Shown piece after piece: positions 44,168-47,327 of a stretch of DNA of 47,327 bases. Every line of letters starts with the position of its first letter. Within the stretch, counting starts at the first letter, position 1. The position numbers were made by a program, and so were the translations under genes. Source of the stretch: Candidatus Micrarchaeota archaeon (GTDB lineage: Archaea; Micrarchaeota; Micrarchaeia; Norongarragalinales; Norongarragalinaceae); assembly GCA_964408425.1 (NCBI GenBank), contig CAYOZI010000004.1, forward strand, positions 1 through 47,327, read 5' to 3'. The notes under the pieces were generated by a model, which saw only the letters and a list, made by a program, of their open reading frames with translations, did no database searches and was not told where the DNA came from.

Positions 44168-44376
44168 AAACAAAAAATCGGTCGGGAACTGATTTTGAAA
44201 AAAAAGAGCGTTTAGTTTGGACGGAATACCCTTATACCTTTAAATCAATCACCCAACTCTTTAAATCGGAAAAATGGCGTCCGTAAAAAAGATTTCTTGT
44301 GAAAAAAATACTCTTCTTCCCCTTTTATGATTATAAAATATGCAATCGCGCCATGTCGCGCCGAGAGCGATAAGTT

Positions 44377-44494
44377 GGGCTCGTGGCGCAGTGGCAGCGC
44401 GCCTGCTTTGCAAGAACCTTTCTTGGCGAAGAAAGCTTCACCAAAGAAGATCCAGAAAAGCAGGAGGCCGTGGGTTCAAATCCCACCGAGTCCA
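44377..44494 (+). tRNA. tRNA-Ala(UGC) in the 16S-23S spacer, with a 46-nt intron at 37/38
   Basis: Acceptor stem GGGCTCG/CGAGTCC with the G3:U70 identity pair. Anticodon stem CCTGC/GCAGG. Loop TT-TGC-A. Intron 44413..44458. BHB central helix UUUG/CAGA with bulges ca|a and aa|a. Confidence 0.9.
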
Positions 44495-46617
44495 TTGAGA
44501 AAAAAGAAAAAAAAGAATATTTGCGTTTGCGTTTCGCCTCAAAACGGACGTAAGCAAAGAAAGTTTTGGAGTAAGCCCTTCCGGAAGAAGGCGTTCGAAA
44601 CTGGATGCTGACTTGGGTTTTTCCGCAGGGGAAAACCCGTTTTCATGAAGCTGTGCAGGTTTAACGAGGAGTAGTTGTTGCTATAAAGCCTTCCAGTGGA
44701 TGGTTTGGCTTGAGTGGCGAAGAAGGGCGCAGCAAGCTGCGAAAAGCTTGGGGTAGCCGCATGCGGGCTTTGAACCCAAGGTTCCCGAATTGCCCCGAGA
44801 GGGGCGCACACCCGCTGAATTGAAATATCTTAGTAAGCGGAGGAAGAGAAACCAATTGGGATTGCGTGAGTAGAGCGATCGAAAGCGCACCAGGGCAAAC
44901 CGAATCCTTTCCGCAAGGAAAGTAGAGATGTGGAGTTTGGACCTTCTCTTAGTCCTGAAGCAGAGCTGAAGGGGATTGGAAAATTCCGCCTTAGAACGTT
45001 ATAGCCGTGTAAGCAAATGCAGAGGGATTGGAGGGTATCCAGAGTAGCACAGCCTTGATAGGCTGTGTGAAATTGCGAGTATTAACTTGCAACCCTAAAA
45101 TACAACTCAAGACCGATAGCGTATCAAGTACCGTGAGGGAAAACTGAAAAGCACAGCGAAAGCTGGGTTAAAAGTGCCTGAAACTGGAACGGCGACATTA
45201 AGACTCGGCTCGAAAGGCCCCGCAAGGGGCACGGGGTCGTGTCGTACTTCTTGAAGCAAGAGCCAAGGAGTTCACGAGAGTGGCAAGCATTGTGCGAAGC
45301 GAAAGCGAAATCTCCGCAACCACGCAAGTGGCGAGGGAGGGCGTCCTAACAGGCGTCAAGTCACTCTTGTGAGACCCGAAGCCAAAGCGATCTAAGCGCG
45401 AGCAGGGTGAAGCCGACCTTCAGGTTGGTGGAAGCCCGCAACCAGTGCTAGTCTATCTGCTTGGGTGACTTGCGTTTAGGGATGAAAGTTCATTCGAGCT
45501 TGGCGATAGCGGGTTCCCTTCGAAGTGAACCGCAGTTCAGCCCGGTTTGAGGTTGTTGTCAGGTAGAGCTACCGATTGCGAAATACGGGGGCGAAAGCCC
45601 TCACTTTGCTATCAAACTCCGAAGCTGGCAACGCCGTAGAAGGCCGGAGTTGGCGACATGAGTTAAGCGCGTGCCGCGAGGGCGTAAAGACGCTTACTGA
45701 AGTTAAGGCCCCCAAGAAACTGCTGAGTGTTACTCAAGACGTGCTGGTTCCCAGACAGTGGGGAGGTAGGAACAGAAGCTGCCATCCTTTAAACAACGCG
45801 TAACAGCGGACCCATCAAGGACCGGTGCGTCGTAAACTCTCGGGACTAAGCAGTTCGCCGATACTTCAGAACAAACGCAGTTGCGTTTGGTTTAGTAGAG
45901 GGGCGTGCAGTTCGCGCAGAAGCAAGGTCGTGAGATCTTGTGGAGCGTATTGCAATGAAAATCTTGGTGCTAGTAGCAACTATTCCAGGCGAGAATCCTG
46001 GACGCCGAAAGGACTTAGGGTTTCTTGGCAACGTTAGTCGACCAAGAGTAAGTCGATCCTAAGACTAAACGAATGTGATGTCAAAAGGGAAACGCGTTAA
46101 TATTCGCGTACCACTCGAGTAAGTGCGGCAACGCAAAGCCCGTATTTCGACGCTTGGGGATATGCCCACCACCCGCATGGTGGTTAAGCTGGATAAGCCG
46201 GAGAAGTCTCGTAACGAGGAGCATTCGGCTAAACAGTGACGGGCCCCCGCAAGGGGGTTGGGTTGAATCCTCGAGCCCTTGAAAAGAAACGCGGGAGTGA
46301 TCTCGAGTGTCCGTACCCAGAACCAGTACAGGTGGTCCTGGCAGAACAAGCCAAGGCGTGGCAGGATAATCAAGGCAAGGGAATTCGGCAATCTAGGCCC
46401 GTAACTTCGGGATAAGGGCTGCCTACATTCTTCCATAGACTTTGTCGATTGGGGGTTTGTAGGTCACAGTAACAAGGGGACAGCGACTGTTTAGCAAAAA
46501 CACAAATCACCGCAAAACCGAAAGGTCTAGTACGGTGGTTGACGCCTGCTCACTACTGGTATCTCAAACTCCTTTTCAAGGGAGCAAAGGACCGGCAAAG
46601 AGCGGGAGTAACTCTGA

Positions 46618-46657
46618 ATCAAAGCCAGTCGTTTTTAGAGACTGCCTTCGAGGAGAT
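46618..46657 (+). other. 40-nt BHB mini-intron in 23S helix 69 (between ...GTAACTCTGA and CTCTCTTAAGGTAGC)
   Basis: CUCU[ga|a]UCAAAGCCAGUC-loop-GACUGCCUUCGA-GGAG[au|c]UCU: 4-bp central helix CUCU/GGAG flanked by 3-nt bulges. Excision gives AACTCTGACTCTCTTAAGGTAGC, as in other archaeal 23S sequences recalled from memory. Confidence 0.75.
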
Positions 46658-47177
46658 CTCTCTTAAGGTAGCGTAGTACCTCGCCGCTTAATTGGCGGCT
46701 TGCATGAATGGCGTAACGACTGTCCTGCTGTCCCTGCCTTGAACCTGGTGAACCTACTTCTCGGTGAACATGCCGAGGAATCCTAGAGGGAAACGAAGAC
46801 CCCGTGGAGCTTAACCACAGCCTGTTGTTGTAATTCGGTTGGAGAATCAAAGTGTAAGCAGTAGCCGTTAAGTCCGCCCTTCCGGGGGCGGGATAGGCGA
46901 AAGTGTGACACTGCTATTTTTCGACTGTATTGCTTACTCGAGAGAGGACAGCTGCAGGTGGGTGGTTTGGCTGGGGCGGCACGCCTTCGAAAAAATAACA
47001 AAGGCGCCCTAAGTTCAACTCAAGCCGGTCAGAAGTCGGCTGTAGAGGGTTAAAGACACATGTTGGACTGACTGTAATCTTAACAAAATGGGTTGCAGGT
47101 GCGAAAGCAGGGCTTAACGAACAATGATGTCCCTATTAATGGGGGCTCATTCTGACAGACAAGCTACCCCGGGGGTA

Positions 47178-47274
47178 ATTTCGTTTACAACCTATTCTAG
47201 CCACTGGAAAGTATAAGTCTGCTTAACCGCAGATTTTTTCTGATGAGTGGTATTGGTTGTAGGCGGAACCTCAT
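47178..47274 (+). other. 97-nt BHB intron in the 23S peptidyl-transferase centre (inside the GGGAUAACAGGCU motif)
   Basis: GGGG[ua|a]UUUCGUUUACAACC...GGUUGUAGGCGGAA-CCUC[au|a]CAGGC: 14-bp intron helix, 4-bp central helix GGGG/CCUC, two 3-nt bulges. Excision gives CCCCGGGGGTAACAGGCTCG. Confidence 0.8.
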
Positions 47275-47327
47275 ACAGGCTCGTCGCGGTCGAGAGTTCA
47301 TTTTTTCCCATTCGTTTTTTTTAACGA

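Larger units (their letters stand above)
44676..47327 (+). rRNA. 23S rRNA, 3'-truncated by the window edge, containing at least two BHB introns
   Basis: GGATGGTTTGGCTTGAGTGGCGAAGAAGGGCGCAGCAAGCTGCGAAAAGC near the 5' end. AAGACCGATAGCGTATCAAGTACCGTGAGGGAAA. CTCTTAAGGTAGCGTAGTACC. GACCCCGTGGAGCTT. GCTACCCCGGGGG...ACAGGCT. The 5' end is approximate (+/-10 nt). Confidence 0.9.

Noticed and set aside
47301-47327. T-runs at the window end as a transcription terminator for the rRNA operon
   Set aside because: The 23S is incomplete at this point (domain V is unfinished), so a terminator here is implausible. The region is more likely the start of another insert.

Overview
Archaeal chromosome segment of about 47 kb, roughly 50% GC, probably from a small-genome (DPANN-like) lineage; the lineage call is inference. 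Archaeal hallmarks visible in the sequence: TATA boxes 25-30 nt upstream of start codons (leaderless mRNAs), a 16S-tRNAAla-23S operon with the anti-SD tail GATCACCTCC, and bulge-helix-bulge (BHB) introns. The window is densely coding. In order: RNase HII; tRNA-Trp; three large membrane-anchored surface proteins; a KaiC-like ATPase; glutamate dehydrogenase; a cobalamin-centred cluster (S-component-like membrane protein, secreted alpha/alpha-toroid protein, wHTH regulator, DUF4430 lipoprotein, PduO adenosyltransferase, class II RNR NrdJ, NrdR); Nudix plus a membrane-tethered wHTH protein; a sugar/gluconeogenesis/envelope block (NDP-sugar transferases, GlpX, class I aldolase, PMM/PGM, GT2, geranylgeranyl reductase, UppS); a minimal type IV pilus-like ATPase/platform locus; PAC2; GNAT; tRNA-Leu followed by a ~3.8 kb low-GC island (cytidine deaminase, TrmB, NMT1/ThiY-type ABC importer); a few hypotheticals; then the rRNA operon, with 23S truncated at the window edge. 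The main result is RNA splicing. All three tRNAs, the 16S gene (one intron) and the 23S gene (two clear introns, possibly a third) are interrupted. Each of the three clear rRNA interruptions folds into a hand-drawn 3-nt bulge / 4-bp helix / 3-nt bulge motif whose predicted cuts regenerate universally conserved rRNA sequence. The same kind of motif also flanks a 33-nt, TGA-containing insert that splits the DEAGRG active-site motif of the RNase HII coding sequence, so this is a candidate protein-coding BHB intron. The second theme is a coherent B12 scavenging module with the two transcobalamin-like domains on separate genes, feeding an AdoCbl-dependent RNR.
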